Source: an uncultured Fibrobacterota bacterium
GTDB lineage: Bacteria; Fibrobacterota; Chitinivibrionia; Chitinivibrionales; FEN-1185
Direction of reading: 5' to 3'
Length of the DNA stretch: 64,000 nucleotides
NCBI GenBank assembly: GCA_963753345.1
Contig: CAVWBU010000021.1
Span: forward strand, 229,839-293,838
Shown here piece by piece: positions 9,432 to 18,926 of this stretch (within the stretch, counting starts at the first letter, position 1; the number at the start of each line of letters is the position of its first letter). The position numbers and the translations under genes are program-made. Under the pieces are notes generated by a model. The model did not search any database. It was given only the letters and a program-made list of their open reading frames with translations, and was not told the DNA's origin.

Positions 9432-10571
9432 TTGGGTCAGCTCTCGGAATGCCTGGTAATGGCCAAACCTGGAGGGCCACGGTGCAATATGCGCTGCGCG
9501 TATTGCTATTACCTTGGCAAAGAGCGCCTCTTCCCCGCAGGCACCTTGCGGATGCCCGAAGATCTTCTTGAAAAGTACATCGCCCAGCGGTTTGAAGCTT
9601 CACCCGGGCCCAACACCCATTTCGAGTGGCATGGCGGGGAGCCGACGCTGCTGGGCCTGGATTATTTCCGCACCATCACACGGCTGCAACGCAAACATAA
9701 ACCGGCCGGGCGCGCGCTTTCCAACGGCCTGCAGACCAACGGCCTCCTGATTGATGATGAGTGGGCCGAGTTCCTTGCCCAAGAAGGGTTTTCCGTCGGG
9801 CTTAGCCTCGACGGGCCGGTTGAGTTTCATGACGCATTCAGGAAAACAGCCGATGGCCGCCCCACACATTCGCAGGTTGTTCATGCTTTCCATGTGCTAA
9901 GAGAGCGTCGTGTGTTCTGTAATGTGCTCTGTGTGCTCCATTCTGTAAACACGGCCGCGCCCGACAGGCTGTATGATTTCTTCCGCGGCATGGGTGTCTC
10001 CTATATCCAATTTCTGCCGCTTGTCGGCGCTGGCCAAGCAACTTCCAAGCCCGAGGAGATAGGTGATTTCCTGTGCCGGATTTTCGACCGATGGATCAGG
10101 GAAGATGTCGGCCGGACGGTGATCCAAATCTTCGATGAGGCGCTGCGGCCTATGTACGGCGTGCCGCACGCTTTGTGCGTTCACCGGGAGAGATGCGGCG
10201 ACGCGGCTGTCCTGGAACATGACGGGAGTCTTTACGCATGCGATCATTTTGTCGATCCGGAACATTTGATCGGAAATATAAGGGAAAGAAAACTCTGCGA
10301 CTTGGCAGCTGATCCCAAAATGGCCTGCTTCGGAAGAGCCAAGAAGGACACGCTGCCTAGGTACTGCAGGGAATGCGAGGTGCTTTCATTCTGCAACGGC
10401 GGCTGCCCCAAGGACCGAATAGCACAAGCCCACGATGGAGAGAAAGGCCTGAATTACCTCTGCCCGGCTTATAAAGCCTTCTTTCTCCATGCGAGGCCCG
10501 AACTGACTCGCCTGGCTGGCCACATGAAAGCCGGGAACCCGCTGAGGGAATTCAGGGCAGCCGGAACTTGA
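9432..10571 (+). CDS. Anaerobic sulfatase-maturase-like radical SAM/SPASM protein
   Basis: CNMRCAYC, WHGGEPTL, QTNG, SLDGP and SPASM cysteines (YACDHFV, C..C.....C.GGCPKDR, NYLC). Confidence 0.9.
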   Translation: MGQLSECLVMAKPGGPRCNMRCAYCYYLGKERLFPAGTLRMPEDLLEKYIAQRFEASPGPNTHFEWHGGEPTLLGLDYFRTITRLQRKHKPAGRALSNGLQTNGLLIDDEWAEFLAQEGFSVGLSLDGPVEFHDAFRKTADGRPTHSQVVHAFHVLRERRVFCNVLCVLHSVNTAAPDRLYDFFRGMGVSYIQFLPLVGAGQATSKPEEIGDFLCRIFDRWIREDVGRTVIQIFDEALRPMYGVPHALCVHRERCGDAAVLEHDGSLYACDHFVDPEHLIGNIRERKLCDLAADPKMACFGRAKKDTLPRYCRECEVLSFCNGGCPKDRIAQAHDGEKGLNYLCPAYKAFFLHARPELTRLAGHMKAGNPLREFRAAGT

Positions 10572-10664
10572 AAAGTTGCCTCGGCAGCAAAGATCGGACT
10601 TAAGACCGCCAAGAAATTCGGTGCGTCGATTTCCCCGTCACAATACCCTGTGCCATCACGAGCT

Positions 10665-11351
10665 CTATTTTTTTATCTTCTTGCCCTCCGAAAATGCATC
10701 GCCTAGATAGTTACCAATGCCATAGTAGGCGCGGTTCGCCGGATTAAAGACCATCGGTTTTATCTTCTCCATGTCCGGTGCTCCGTCTTTCCCCAGCACT
10801 GTCTCATCGGCCTTTACGTCCTTGATCTCGCCGACGAACATCGTGTGGGATCCCAGTTTGACAATTTGAATTACGGAGCATTCCACAGCGAACGGGAACT
10901 CCTTGACATACGGTGCATCCACCAGATCGCTCTTTACTGGCGTGAGCTTTGTAGCGGCAAACTTGTCCTCTGTCCGGCCCGAAACGATCCCGAAGTAATC
11001 GGCTTGTTGGATGTATTTTTCTGAAGGGATACTGATCGTGAAGGCTTTGCGAGCCATGATATTGCCATAGGTATACGTTGCTTCCCGGATGGCAATGGCG
11101 ACGCAAGGCGGCTTGGAACAACAAATACCGCCCCACGCAACGACCATTGCATCCGGCTTGTCGGATTTATCGTATGATCCTACGACAAAAACCGGTGTGG
11201 GGAAGACAAGGGTTTTCGCTCCAATGGACTTTTTCATCTTCGCTCCCTTCTTGTCGATATCGGATGTGGAATCCTGTGCAAAAACGGACACCGTTACCAT
11301 TGCTCCTGTGATCAAAAATCCGCTGGTTATGGCCGCAATAAATTTTTTCAT
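10665..11351 (-). CDS. Flavin reductase/flavoredoxin family protein with an N-terminal signal-peptide-like extension (alternative start 11237)
   Basis: [36 protein letters not shown] and [10 protein letters not shown]. Confidence 0.85.
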   Translation of the reverse strand: MKKFIAAITSGFLITGAMVTVSVFAQDSTSDIDKKGAKMKKSIGAKTLVFPTPVFVVGSYDKSDKPDAMVVAWGGICCSKPPCVAIAIREATYTYGNIMARKAFTISIPSEKYIQQADYFGIVSGRTEDKFAATKLTPVKSDLVDAPYVKEFPFAVECSVIQIVKLGSHTMFVGEIKDVKADETVLGKDGAPDMEKIKPMVFNPANRAYYGIGNYLGDAFSEGKKIKK

Positions 11352-11406
11352 CCTGTTTCTCCTTAGGTACACACGTTTATGGTTTAAAGGGAAGTCCAAA
11401 TAAAAT

Positions 11407-11442
11407 AAAGGGTTCCTTGCTTTCCGGCAAGGAGCCCCTTTT
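11407..11442. terminator. Terminator hairpin downstream of tRNA-Ser
   Basis: aaagggttccttgc-tttccg-gcaaggagcccctttt. Confidence 0.7.
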
Positions 11443-11480
11443 GATTTTTCAATCTACATTCTACAATCTACAATTAAGAA

Positions 11481-11568
11481 TGGCGGAGAGGCTGGGATTT
11501 GAACCCAGGGTACGTTTCCGCACACACGCTTTCCAGGCGTGCACCTTCGGCCGCTCGGTCACCTCTCC
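11481..11568 (-). tRNA. tRNA-Ser (anticodon GGA)
   Basis: Reverse complement GGAGAGGTGACCGAGCGGCCGAAGGTGCACGCCTGGAAAGCGTGTGTGCGGAAACGTACCCTGGGTTCAAATCCCAGCCTCTCCGCCA: cloverleaf with a long variable arm, TTCAAAT T-loop and encoded CCA. Confidence 0.97.
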
Positions 11569-11795
11569 GTGTAAATGTCGCATCCTAGGCAATCGGGATG
11601 AAAAATACCTGTTTGCGGCTGCGATGTAAATACCGCAATTGATGACGGCCACCTGCGCCAAGCGGCTGGGAAGCTCAACCCGCCTTGCCAAATGGCGGTT
11701 CACCTGCTCTTTTCGCAGATTCTTTTTCCTTTCGCTTGTCCTTTTTGTATATTGAGTTATCATTACCGAACGCAATTTCATCCCGGAGGTGCAGA

Positions 11796-12071
11796 ATGGC
11801 GAGAATCACAAAGGCAGAGTTGAGCAGGCTGCAGAAGACGCTCAAGACCGACGAGGCGATCGGCAGAAAGCTGGGGATCACCCGTCAGGCGGTTCATCAA
11901 TGGAGAAAGAAATACGGCGTGGAGTCGCGGTGGGACCAGAACCCGGAGCGCAACAAGAAGATGGTTTCCCTGTACAAGGCGGGCAAGACCGGAAACGAAA
12001 TTGCGGACAAGTTCGGACTTTCTTTGTCGCAGACGTATAGATTGATAGGCAAGGGCAAAAAGAAGAGATAA
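11796..12071 (+). CDS. Small basic tandem helix-turn-helix DNA-binding protein
   Basis: RBS ggagg; two HTH-like motifs (DEAIGRKLGITRQAVHQWRKKYG and GNEIADKFGLSLSQTYRLI). Confidence 0.75.
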   Translation: MARITKAELSRLQKTLKTDEAIGRKLGITRQAVHQWRKKYGVESRWDQNPERNKKMVSLYKAGKTGNEIADKFGLSLSQTYRLIGKGKKKR

Positions 12072-12127
12072 AGATAAATCCTCATGTGGGGGAAGATCAG
12101 CCTGTCTCAAAACCCAGTTTAAGAACT

Positions 12128-12263
12128 GGGCGCCTGCCTTCGGCACCGGTTCTCCTTCCGGTCTCGGCCACGGCCTCGGGCTGCCACGGCCCTATGGCCC
12201 GCAGGGCCGGGTCCGGGCAGCATCCCGCTCTAGCGGGACCTCCAGTCGCCCCTGGCGCTTGGC
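12128..12263 (-). repeat. Structured dispersed repeat, module B
   Basis: Reverse complement: gcgccaggggcgactggaggtcccgc-taga-gcgggatgctgcccggacccggccctgcgggccatagggccgtggcagcccgaggccgtggccgagaccggaaggagaaccgg...ggcgccc. Confidence 0.85.
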
Positions 12264-12326
12264 AGCGGGAATACTCCACAATTCTCATATGCTTGACTAA
12301 TAAGACCTTGTCTGGATATCTTTCCT

Positions 12327-12517
12327 GAATTCCATATGGCGCAAACATTGCTGCTTGACAGAGTAGATCTCCGTTTCCGCGCGTTAGGTGGACCGTAGGG
12401 TGCGCTGGAGCGCATTGCCGCCTGATCCCTCGCCGAAGGCGGTAGGGACGGGCGGCAACGAGGCCGAAGGGCCGAGCCCGGAGGGAGACCGACCCGAGCG
12501 AAGCGAGGGGAACGCCC
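12327..12517 (+). repeat. Structured dispersed repeat, module B (GGTGGAC subtype), back-to-back with 12128-12263
   Basis: gaattcc..tggcgc..cttgaca..ccgcgcgttaggtggacc..tgcgc-tgga-gcgca-ttgccgcctg..cgcc-gaa-ggcg..cgggcggcaacgaggcc..gagcgaagcgaggggaacgccc. Confidence 0.85.
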
Positions 12518-12535
12518 AACTCTTTTTCATATTTC

Positions 12536-13576
12536 TTAACCTCTTACCAAAAGACTCTTCTCCCTCTTTGCCGTCACCCTTCCCACTATCGCCGCTTTCG
12601 GATATCCTTTATCAATTAGCCTCTTCACTATATCATCAGCAACACTTTCCTGCACGCACATAAGCAGCCCGCCCGAGGTCTGCGCGTCGAGGCAGAGCAT
12701 CTTCATGGTGTAATCGAGGTCTTTCTCGAACGTGCAGTCTTGTTCCACGAACTCCTGGTTTCGGAAGGCCGCGCCCGGGATGCAGCCGCTTTCGGCAAGG
12801 GCGTAGGCGCCGGACAGAATCGGCACCTCCTGCGAATCGATTTCGAGGGTCACGCCGCTTGCCTGCGCCATGGTGAGGCCGTGGCCGAGCAGGGAAAATC
12901 CGGTGACGTCGGTCGCGCACCGCACGCCGTGCTCCTGCATCACTTCCGCGCCGGCCCTGTTGAGGAGTTTCATGGTGTCAAGACAGGCGCGGTAGTCCAC
13001 GTCCGACACATCGCCGACCCGCTGTCCCGCGACGATGACGCCGCTGCCGATGGGCTTGGTGAGGACGAGAACGTCGCCGGCAGCGGCGCGATCGTTTCTG
13101 ATGATGCGATCCGGATGGACAACGCCGGTTACGGCCAGTCCGTACTTGGGGGGGAAGTCGTCTATGGTGTGGCCGCCTGCCACCACGGCGCCCGCTTCCT
13201 CTATTTTCTGCAGCCCGCCGCGCAGTATTTCGCGCAGGACCTCGAGCGGTATCTTTGCGGACGGGAACATGCACAGGTTGAGCGCGGCAACGGCCTTGCC
13301 GCCCATGGCGAACACGTCGGACAGCGCATTTGCCGCCGCGATCTGGCCGAATTCGTACGGGTCGGAGCACACCGGCGGAAAAAAGTCGGTGGTGAGGATG
13401 ACGGCAAGGTCATCCGTCAGCTTGTACACGCCCGCGTCGTCGTGCGTCCCGATGCCCACGAGCAGGTTCTCGTTTGTCATTCTCGCGAGACCGCCGAGCG
13501 CCTCGGACAATTTCTGCGCGGGCAGCTTTGCGGAACAGCCTCCGTATTCCACGGTGGACAGCAGGTCGAATGTCAT
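12536..13576 (-). CDS. selD: Selenide, water dikinase (Cys-type)
   Basis: GGCSAKL, DDAGVY, TTDFFPPV, ANALSDVFAMGG, GGHTI, TDVTGF and DAQTSGGLL. Confidence 0.95.
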   Translation of the reverse strand: MTFDLLSTVEYGGCSAKLPAQKLSEALGGLARMTNENLLVGIGTHDDAGVYKLTDDLAVILTTDFFPPVCSDPYEFGQIAAANALSDVFAMGGKAVAALNLCMFPSAKIPLEVLREILRGGLQKIEEAGAVVAGGHTIDDFPPKYGLAVTGVVHPDRIIRNDRAAAGDVLVLTKPIGSGVIVAGQRVGDVSDVDYRACLDTMKLLNRAGAEVMQEHGVRCATDVTGFSLLGHGLTMAQASGVTLEIDSQEVPILSGAYALAESGCIPGAAFRNQEFVEQDCTFEKDLDYTMKMLCLDAQTSGGLLMCVQESVADDIVKRLIDKGYPKAAIVGRVTAKREKSLLVRG

Positions 13577-13670
13577 GAGAATGTTTCCTTTAAAGAGGAA
13601 ATGGTATATTATCTTTTATAAAGATAAATCGTATCGCGGGCTGCAGGCCACAGCGAGGAAGGGGCAGAGA

Positions 13671-14078
13671 ATGAAGAAAATCGTGATACTTGCGGTTATC
13701 ATGTGCGCGACCTCCGTCTTTGCGTGGAAAAAGGAGGCCCATTTCATTTCCATGCCCATCATCGAAGGGGCCGGATTGTACACATCCATCCGGTGCCTTC
13801 AGGACACAAGATCGCTTTCGACGCAGATTCCCTCCATTACCACCATAGTGCTCCTTGGGGGCAATGCGGGCCTCGGCGCCATTGCGATTTTCGGCCCGCA
13901 GGACAATTACCCCATACTGCGCACCATCCATCGTTACATGGGTATGGCCGTTTCCGCAGCGGCCCTGTGGATGACCATTGCCGCGGCCAACGACAGGGAC
14001 GTCAACAACCTCACGAGGAACATTTCGTACGGGTATACTGCCGTGACGACGGTGCCGATTATAATTTTCTCGTTCTAA
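13671..14078 (+). CDS. Hypothetical membrane protein
   Basis: Signal peptide MKKIVILAVIMCATSVFA followed by several hydrophobic segments. Confidence 0.65.
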   Translation: MKKIVILAVIMCATSVFAWKKEAHFISMPIIEGAGLYTSIRCLQDTRSLSTQIPSITTIVLLGGNAGLGAIAIFGPQDNYPILRTIHRYMGMAVSAAALWMTIAAANDRDVNNLTRNISYGYTAVTTVPIIIFSF

Positions 14079-14111
14079 AATTTCCAGTAATAATCCAGAA
14101 ATAATATTGCT

Positions 14112-14554
14112 GGATGGGGGAAGTATCCCCCTCGCTCCGGCCCGGCCGCGCCGCTTTACAAATCAGCACCCCGGATATACGCGTCCGGTCCTCCGCTACC
14201 CCCTCCTGGGTGACCCCCAAGAAGAGACAGTTGCAAGAATCAACCACCCGTGTGGGGGCACCCGCGAGGAGCAGTTGAAACGTTGAGAAGTTGAATAGTT
14301 CAAAGAAAGAGCATTGCTATTCATTCTGAGAATTCCGATTGGCGCAAGAACGGCAAATTTGCAGAATGTATTTCTTTTTGCCGCGCGTTAGGTGGACTGA
14401 AGGGTGAGCAAGGGCGAATTGCCGGCTGACCCCTCGCCGCAGGCGACTTGGGGCGGTCCGGCAACGAGGCCGACAGGCCGAGCCCGGAAGGAGACCGACC
14501 CCGGATATGTAGAGGCGTAGCGCGCTACGACGCTGCCTATCCGGGGGAACGCCC
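14112..14554. repeat. Composite structured element: module A + octamer repeats + linker + module B (with a GTAG palindrome insert)
   Basis: gggggaagtatccccctcgctccggcccgg...gggtgaccccc...gggggcaccc; gttgaaac gttgagaa gttgaata; gaattccgattggcgc...gccgcgcgttaggtggac...gggggaacgccc. Confidence 0.85.
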
Positions 14555-14677
14555 AAATTATATCTCTCTCCACTCTTCTTATCTTCTCCCAATCATTTTA
14601 CCCTTTATTATCCCCGTCCCTCATTTTACAATATAGCTTCGCAACAACATGCCTCTTCTTAAGGAATCGTCAATTCC

Positions 14678-15424
14678 ATGGCCCTGGCGAAAACAAAATT
14701 GAACAACGGCGTTCTCTGTGTCATCCCGGCGCGGTACGCGTCCACCAGGCTTCCCGGAAAACCTCTCCTTATGTTCCGAAACCTGCCGCTCGTGATGTGG
14801 TGCTATAACCGGGCCGTGCGGTCGGGCGCGTTCGATCTTGTGTGCGTGGCCACCGACGACAGGCGCATCTGCGAAACGGTCCGGAAATTCGGCGGCACCG
14901 CAATGCTCACGTCCCTGCGGCACGCCTCGGGGACCGACCGGGTGTGCGAGGTCGCCCGCGCGCTCCATTACCGGTACATTGTAAACCTCCAGGGAGACGA
15001 GCCGCACATTCCTCTTGTGCTCATGCGCCGATTCGCGCAGAGGCTCTCTTCGCTCGACGATAATTCCTTGCTAACATGCGTTTCGCATGCTACAATACAG
15101 GAGAAAGACAATCCGAACGTCGTCAAGGCCGTGCTTGACAGAAAGGGCGATGCGCTGTATTTCTCCCGCGCGCCGATCCCGTTCGACCGCGACGGCACAC
15201 AAAGGACCATGTTCGCGCATCGGGGCATGTACGGGTTCACGGCGCGGTCGCTCGCGCGGTTCTGCGCCTTTCCGCAGGGCGAACTTGAAAAAAGGGAAAA
15301 GCTCGAGCAGCTTCGCGCACTGGAAAACGGCATGCGCATCGTGTGCATCGGGACCCGCGCGAAGTATTGCGGCATCGACACGGCCCGGGACGCGGCCGCG
15401 TTCAGGAAATCGGTGGAAGGATAG
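14678..15424 (+). CDS. kdsB: 3-deoxy-manno-octulosonate cytidylyltransferase
   Basis: IPARYASTRLPGKPL, SGTDR, VNLQGDEP, LYFSRAPIP and LEQLRALENG. Confidence 0.95.
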   Translation: MALAKTKLNNGVLCVIPARYASTRLPGKPLLMFRNLPLVMWCYNRAVRSGAFDLVCVATDDRRICETVRKFGGTAMLTSLRHASGTDRVCEVARALHYRYIVNLQGDEPHIPLVLMRRFAQRLSSLDDNSLLTCVSHATIQEKDNPNVVKAVLDRKGDALYFSRAPIPFDRDGTQRTMFAHRGMYGFTARSLARFCAFPQGELEKREKLEQLRALENGMRIVCIGTRAKYCGIDTARDAAAFRKSVEG

Positions 15425-15432
15425 TGTCGCCC

Positions 15433-16908
15433 ATGCCGAATGAGGACGGAAGAGCCGACGATACCCGCGTGCAGGACGTCCATCTGGTCGTTGTCGACGA
15501 CGAGAAGTCGATCTGCGGAATCGTCGGGCAATATCTCAAGATGAAAGGATACGCGGTCACCTGTTTTGGCTCGGGGGAAGAGGCGGTCGACTTCATCAAG
15601 CAGAACGCGGTCGACCTTGTTCTCTCGGATATCAAGATGCCGGGAATGTCGGGCGTCGACCTGCTCAAGTGGGTGCGCGAGTACAATCATTCGCTGCCGG
15701 TGCTCATCACCACCGGGTATCCCACCCTCGACACGGCGATCGAGGCGCTCAAGCTCGGCGCGTACGATTACCTCACCAAGCCGTTCCATCTCGAGGAAAT
15801 AGCGGAAAAGATCAAGCGGGCGCTTATCAACAAGCAGCTCGAAGAGGAGAACCTGCTGTTCTCGAAGCTGGTTTCCCTGCACGAGGTGACGAAGATCCTC
15901 GCGTCGACCCATCAGCTTGCGGAACTCCACCAGAAGGTGCTTGACTTCGCGGTGAAAATAGCGAAGGCCGACGGCGCGGCGGTCATGTTTTTCGACGACG
16001 CCGCGCACCTGGCGTTGGCCGAATGCACCACGCACTATCCCCCCGAGTTCTGGCAGGGCGAGCTGTTTTCCGCCGTGGCGGCCTGGGTGGCCCAGAACGA
16101 GGAGCCGCTTGTGATGGAAACTGGGGAGACGAAAATGTTCCACGAGTTCCCGCCGCTTCCCGACTCGATACGGTCGTACATCGCGTTTCCCCTCAGGACG
16201 CCGCAGCGGACGATCGGCGTGCTCAACCTTGTCCGGGCCCGCGACAAGCACCCGTTTTCAAACGTCGACCTCGAAATCGTCAACGTCCTCGCGTCGCAGG
16301 CAAGCATTTCCGTCGAGAACGTGAGGCTGTACCAGAACATACGCGACAACTATCTCAAGACCATTCGCGCCTTTGCGCTGGCCGTGGAAGCGAAAGACCG
16401 GTACACGCACGGCCATTCCGAGAACGTGATGAAATACACCATTGTGATCGGGAAGCGCCTCGGCCTCTCCGAGGACGATCTCGAGAACGTGAAGTACGCC
16501 GGGCTCCTCCACGACGTCGGCAAGATCGGCATGAGCGAGCTCATTCTCAACAAGCCGGGAAGGTTGACGCCGGCGGAATTCGACGAGATAAAAAAGCACC
16601 CCACCCTCGGGGCGAACATCATCGCCGACGTGCCCTTTCTGCGGCCGCTGGTGCCCATGGTGCTCCACCATCACGAGTTCTACGACGGGAGCGGCTACCC
16701 GAGCGGCATCAAGGGCGAGGAGATCCCCTTCGGCGCGCGCATTCTGGCCGTTGCCGACGCCTACGAGGCCATGACGTCGGACCGGCCGTACCGCCGGTCC
16801 CTGTCGTCGCAGGCCGCCATGGAAATACTGACAAGCGGCAAAGGAAGGCAGTTCGATCCCAACATCGTGGACACGTTCTGCGAGATTCTGCGCCCCGGAT
16901 CGGGCTAG
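15433..16908 (+). CDS. Response regulator with REC, GAF and HD-GYP domains (cyclic-dinucleotide phosphodiesterase)
   Basis: VVDDE, SDIKMPG and YLTKPF (receiver); GAF; KDRYTHGHS, LLHDVGKIG and HHE.YDGSGYP. Confidence 0.92.
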   Translation: MPNEDGRADDTRVQDVHLVVVDDEKSICGIVGQYLKMKGYAVTCFGSGEEAVDFIKQNAVDLVLSDIKMPGMSGVDLLKWVREYNHSLPVLITTGYPTLDTAIEALKLGAYDYLTKPFHLEEIAEKIKRALINKQLEEENLLFSKLVSLHEVTKILASTHQLAELHQKVLDFAVKIAKADGAAVMFFDDAAHLALAECTTHYPPEFWQGELFSAVAAWVAQNEEPLVMETGETKMFHEFPPLPDSIRSYIAFPLRTPQRTIGVLNLVRARDKHPFSNVDLEIVNVLASQASISVENVRLYQNIRDNYLKTIRAFALAVEAKDRYTHGHSENVMKYTIVIGKRLGLSEDDLENVKYAGLLHDVGKIGMSELILNKPGRLTPAEFDEIKKHPTLGANIIADVPFLRPLVPMVLHHHEFYDGSGYPSGIKGEEIPFGARILAVADAYEAMTSDRPYRRSLSSQAAMEILTSGKGRQFDPNIVDTFCEILRPGSG

Positions 16909-17066
16909 CCCGGCATCGGCGGACCGCCGACGTTGCGGAATACGACCGCCGCGTTCTTTACAGTTGCATTGCGAAGCGCAATCACGCATTTTTATTCTCT
17001 TGTGCGCCGGCCCAGCCCGCGGTCCGGCGCCGACCTCAATCACCCTCTGCGCGGGCCGGAGCGACA

Positions 17067-17984
17067 ATGGCGACGCGTCCCGACACCGTGTGCGGCGTGG
17101 AGATATCGCGTGACAGCATCAGCGTCGCCCAGTTTTCGGCGTCCGACAACGCCGTGGTCAATGCGAGCATCGTCCCCGGTCCCGCCGCCGACGCCGACCC
17201 CGCCGCGGATTTTGTTTCGTCCCTCAAACCGGAATTTACAAAACTGACGGCCGGCATGAAGTGCCGGGGCCTGGCCGCCGCGGTCGCGATGCCGGCGAAT
17301 TTCGCGGTTGTAAAGAAGCTGATGCTTGACGCAGACGAAGCAAACGTGCGCGAGGCGATCGGGTGGGAGCTGGGACGGCACATCGTGGGAACGATGGACG
17401 ACTACGCGTTCGACTACGAGCCCCTGTCCGGCGGCGGCGACGGCGTGAAGCGCTACCTTGCGGTTGCGTACCGTCACGCCGCGGTTCAGAAACTCGTTTC
17501 GCTCCTCAAGGCGGCCCGCATTCCTCCCAAAATTGTTGACCTCGACATCTTCGCGCTCGTGGCCGCGTTCGAGGCGAACTACCGTGAGTACATCGGTCGC
17601 GTCACGGCCCTCATTCACGGCGGAAGCGATTCGTCGCGTCTTATCATCACCTCGGGCGGAACGTTTCTGGATTTCGACGTGGTGGAGCACCGCGGCGGGC
17701 GCGCGTCGGCCGACGACTACGGGGTGCAGCTCAAGGAAGCCGTGCGGAGGAGTTCCTTTGGAAGGCAGGCGGCGCAGGCGATTTTCGTGACCGGTCCGCT
17801 GTTTTCCGACCCGGATTTCAGCGAGGCGGTGTGCTCCTGCCTGGGCAACGCCAAGGCGCTCGACCCCTTCAGGATAGTCAGTTTGACGGCTCCCATTCCC
17901 AAAGAAGAACTTGTCAAGTGCGTCCCGCACCTTGCCGTTGCCGTGGGCCTCGCGATCCGGTGCGCCGCGGAGGCCGACGCATGA
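17067..17984 (+). CDS. PilM-like type IV pilus assembly protein
   Basis: N-terminal CGVEISRDSISV, AVAMP...VVKKL, DYAFDYE, LVAAFEANY and C-terminal AVAVGLA. Confidence 0.65.
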   Translation: MATRPDTVCGVEISRDSISVAQFSASDNAVVNASIVPGPAADADPAADFVSSLKPEFTKLTAGMKCRGLAAAVAMPANFAVVKKLMLDADEANVREAIGWELGRHIVGTMDDYAFDYEPLSGGGDGVKRYLAVAYRHAAVQKLVSLLKAARIPPKIVDLDIFALVAAFEANYREYIGRVTALIHGGSDSSRLIITSGGTFLDFDVVEHRGGRASADDYGVQLKEAVRRSSFGRQAAQAIFVTGPLFSDPDFSEAVCSCLGNAKALDPFRIVSLTAPIPKEELVKCVPHLAVAVGLAIRCAAEADA

Positions 17985-18880
17985 TACGCATCAATCTCCT
18001 CAGAAAACGGCATGCGGGCACGGGAGCCGGGCTCGGCAACATCGGGAAAATTATAGGAATCGCCGCGGCCGCGGTGATTGTCGTTGCTGCGGGCGGCGTC
18101 CTGTGGACGTTCCGCGCCGCCCTGATTCCTCCGGCGCCGCCGCAGCAGAAGCAGGAAACGGTTGCGCAAAAGGAGCCGGCCTCTTCCGCGCCGGCGGGGC
18201 CCGGCATGCTTACGGAAGTGGTCAGGGAAGTGAGGGAAGAGGGAGGCGGCGCCGCGGCGGGACCTTCCTACAACGACCTGTCGTTCGACGAAAGAATCGC
18301 GTACGAAGTCCTGTTTGCAAAGAACGTGCTGGAGCTCATGGACAGGGCGGTGCCCGCCAGCGTGGGGATCCGTACGCTGGAAGCGGACAATTTCCAGACG
18401 GTGTACGCCGTGGGGCTCGCGCCGTCGCGCGCGCTCGTTGAAGGCCTGTTCGCCTCGCTCAAGGCAGGCAAGGTGAGCCTGCTGCCCAGGCCGCTCACGC
18501 AGATTGCGCCGAACGGCGGCGACAGTTACCGGTTCGCCGTCACCGGAAGGGTGAAGTTCGCGCCCGACCCGGCGGCGGGCGTTTCCCTTCCCCTCAATGG
18601 AGACCTTCCCCGCGCGCTGCAGGCGTTCGAAAAGGCCGCCAGGGAGAACTCAATCTCCATTGTCAAGAAACCGTCGAAGGCGTCGACCGAAAAGGTGGGC
18701 GGGTGCTGCCGCTACCTGTACCAGTGGTCGGGCACGGGGACCTACAGGAATTTCGCCAGGTTCGTCGATTATCTGTGCCAGACACGGCAGGCGTTCGCCT
18801 TCAAGCGCATCTCCCTGACCGCCGCAAGCGGCCCGCACGTTGCGATCGAATCGCAGGTCATCGTCACCACGCGCGAGTGA
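17981..18880 (+). CDS. PilN/PilO-like bitopic membrane protein
   Basis: Starts MIRINLL (typical of PilN), has one transmembrane segment, and overlaps the pilM-like stop by ATGA. Confidence 0.55.
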   Translation: MIRINLLRKRHAGTGAGLGNIGKIIGIAAAAVIVVAAGGVLWTFRAALIPPAPPQQKQETVAQKEPASSAPAGPGMLTEVVREVREEGGGAAAGPSYNDLSFDERIAYEVLFAKNVLELMDRAVPASVGIRTLEADNFQTVYAVGLAPSRALVEGLFASLKAGKVSLLPRPLTQIAPNGGDSYRFAVTGRVKFAPDPAAGVSLPLNGDLPRALQAFEKAARENSISIVKKPSKASTEKVGGCCRYLYQWSGTGTYRNFARFVDYLCQTRQAFAFKRISLTAASGPHVAIESQVIVTTRE

Positions 18881-18926
18881 GCCGGCGCGGCTCCCGCCCG
18901 GCGCAACATCTTCCACGGACAGCGTC

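Noticed and set aside
11580-11720. Possible ncRNA upstream of tRNA-Ser
   Set aside because: Some pairing potential, but no recognisable SRP, 6S, tmRNA or riboswitch motif.
12337-12352. Sigma-54 promoter-like TGGCGC-N5-TTGCT in the module B linker
   Set aside because: The TTGC half is not kept in most other copies, and TGGCGC is better explained as one arm of a conserved stem.
12536-13576. selD as part of a selenoneine (senABC) or selenocysteine cluster
   Set aside because: There is no adjacent SenA/SenB, selA/selB or selU; the GT4 and SUMF1 genes are far away; and the catalytic residue is Cys.
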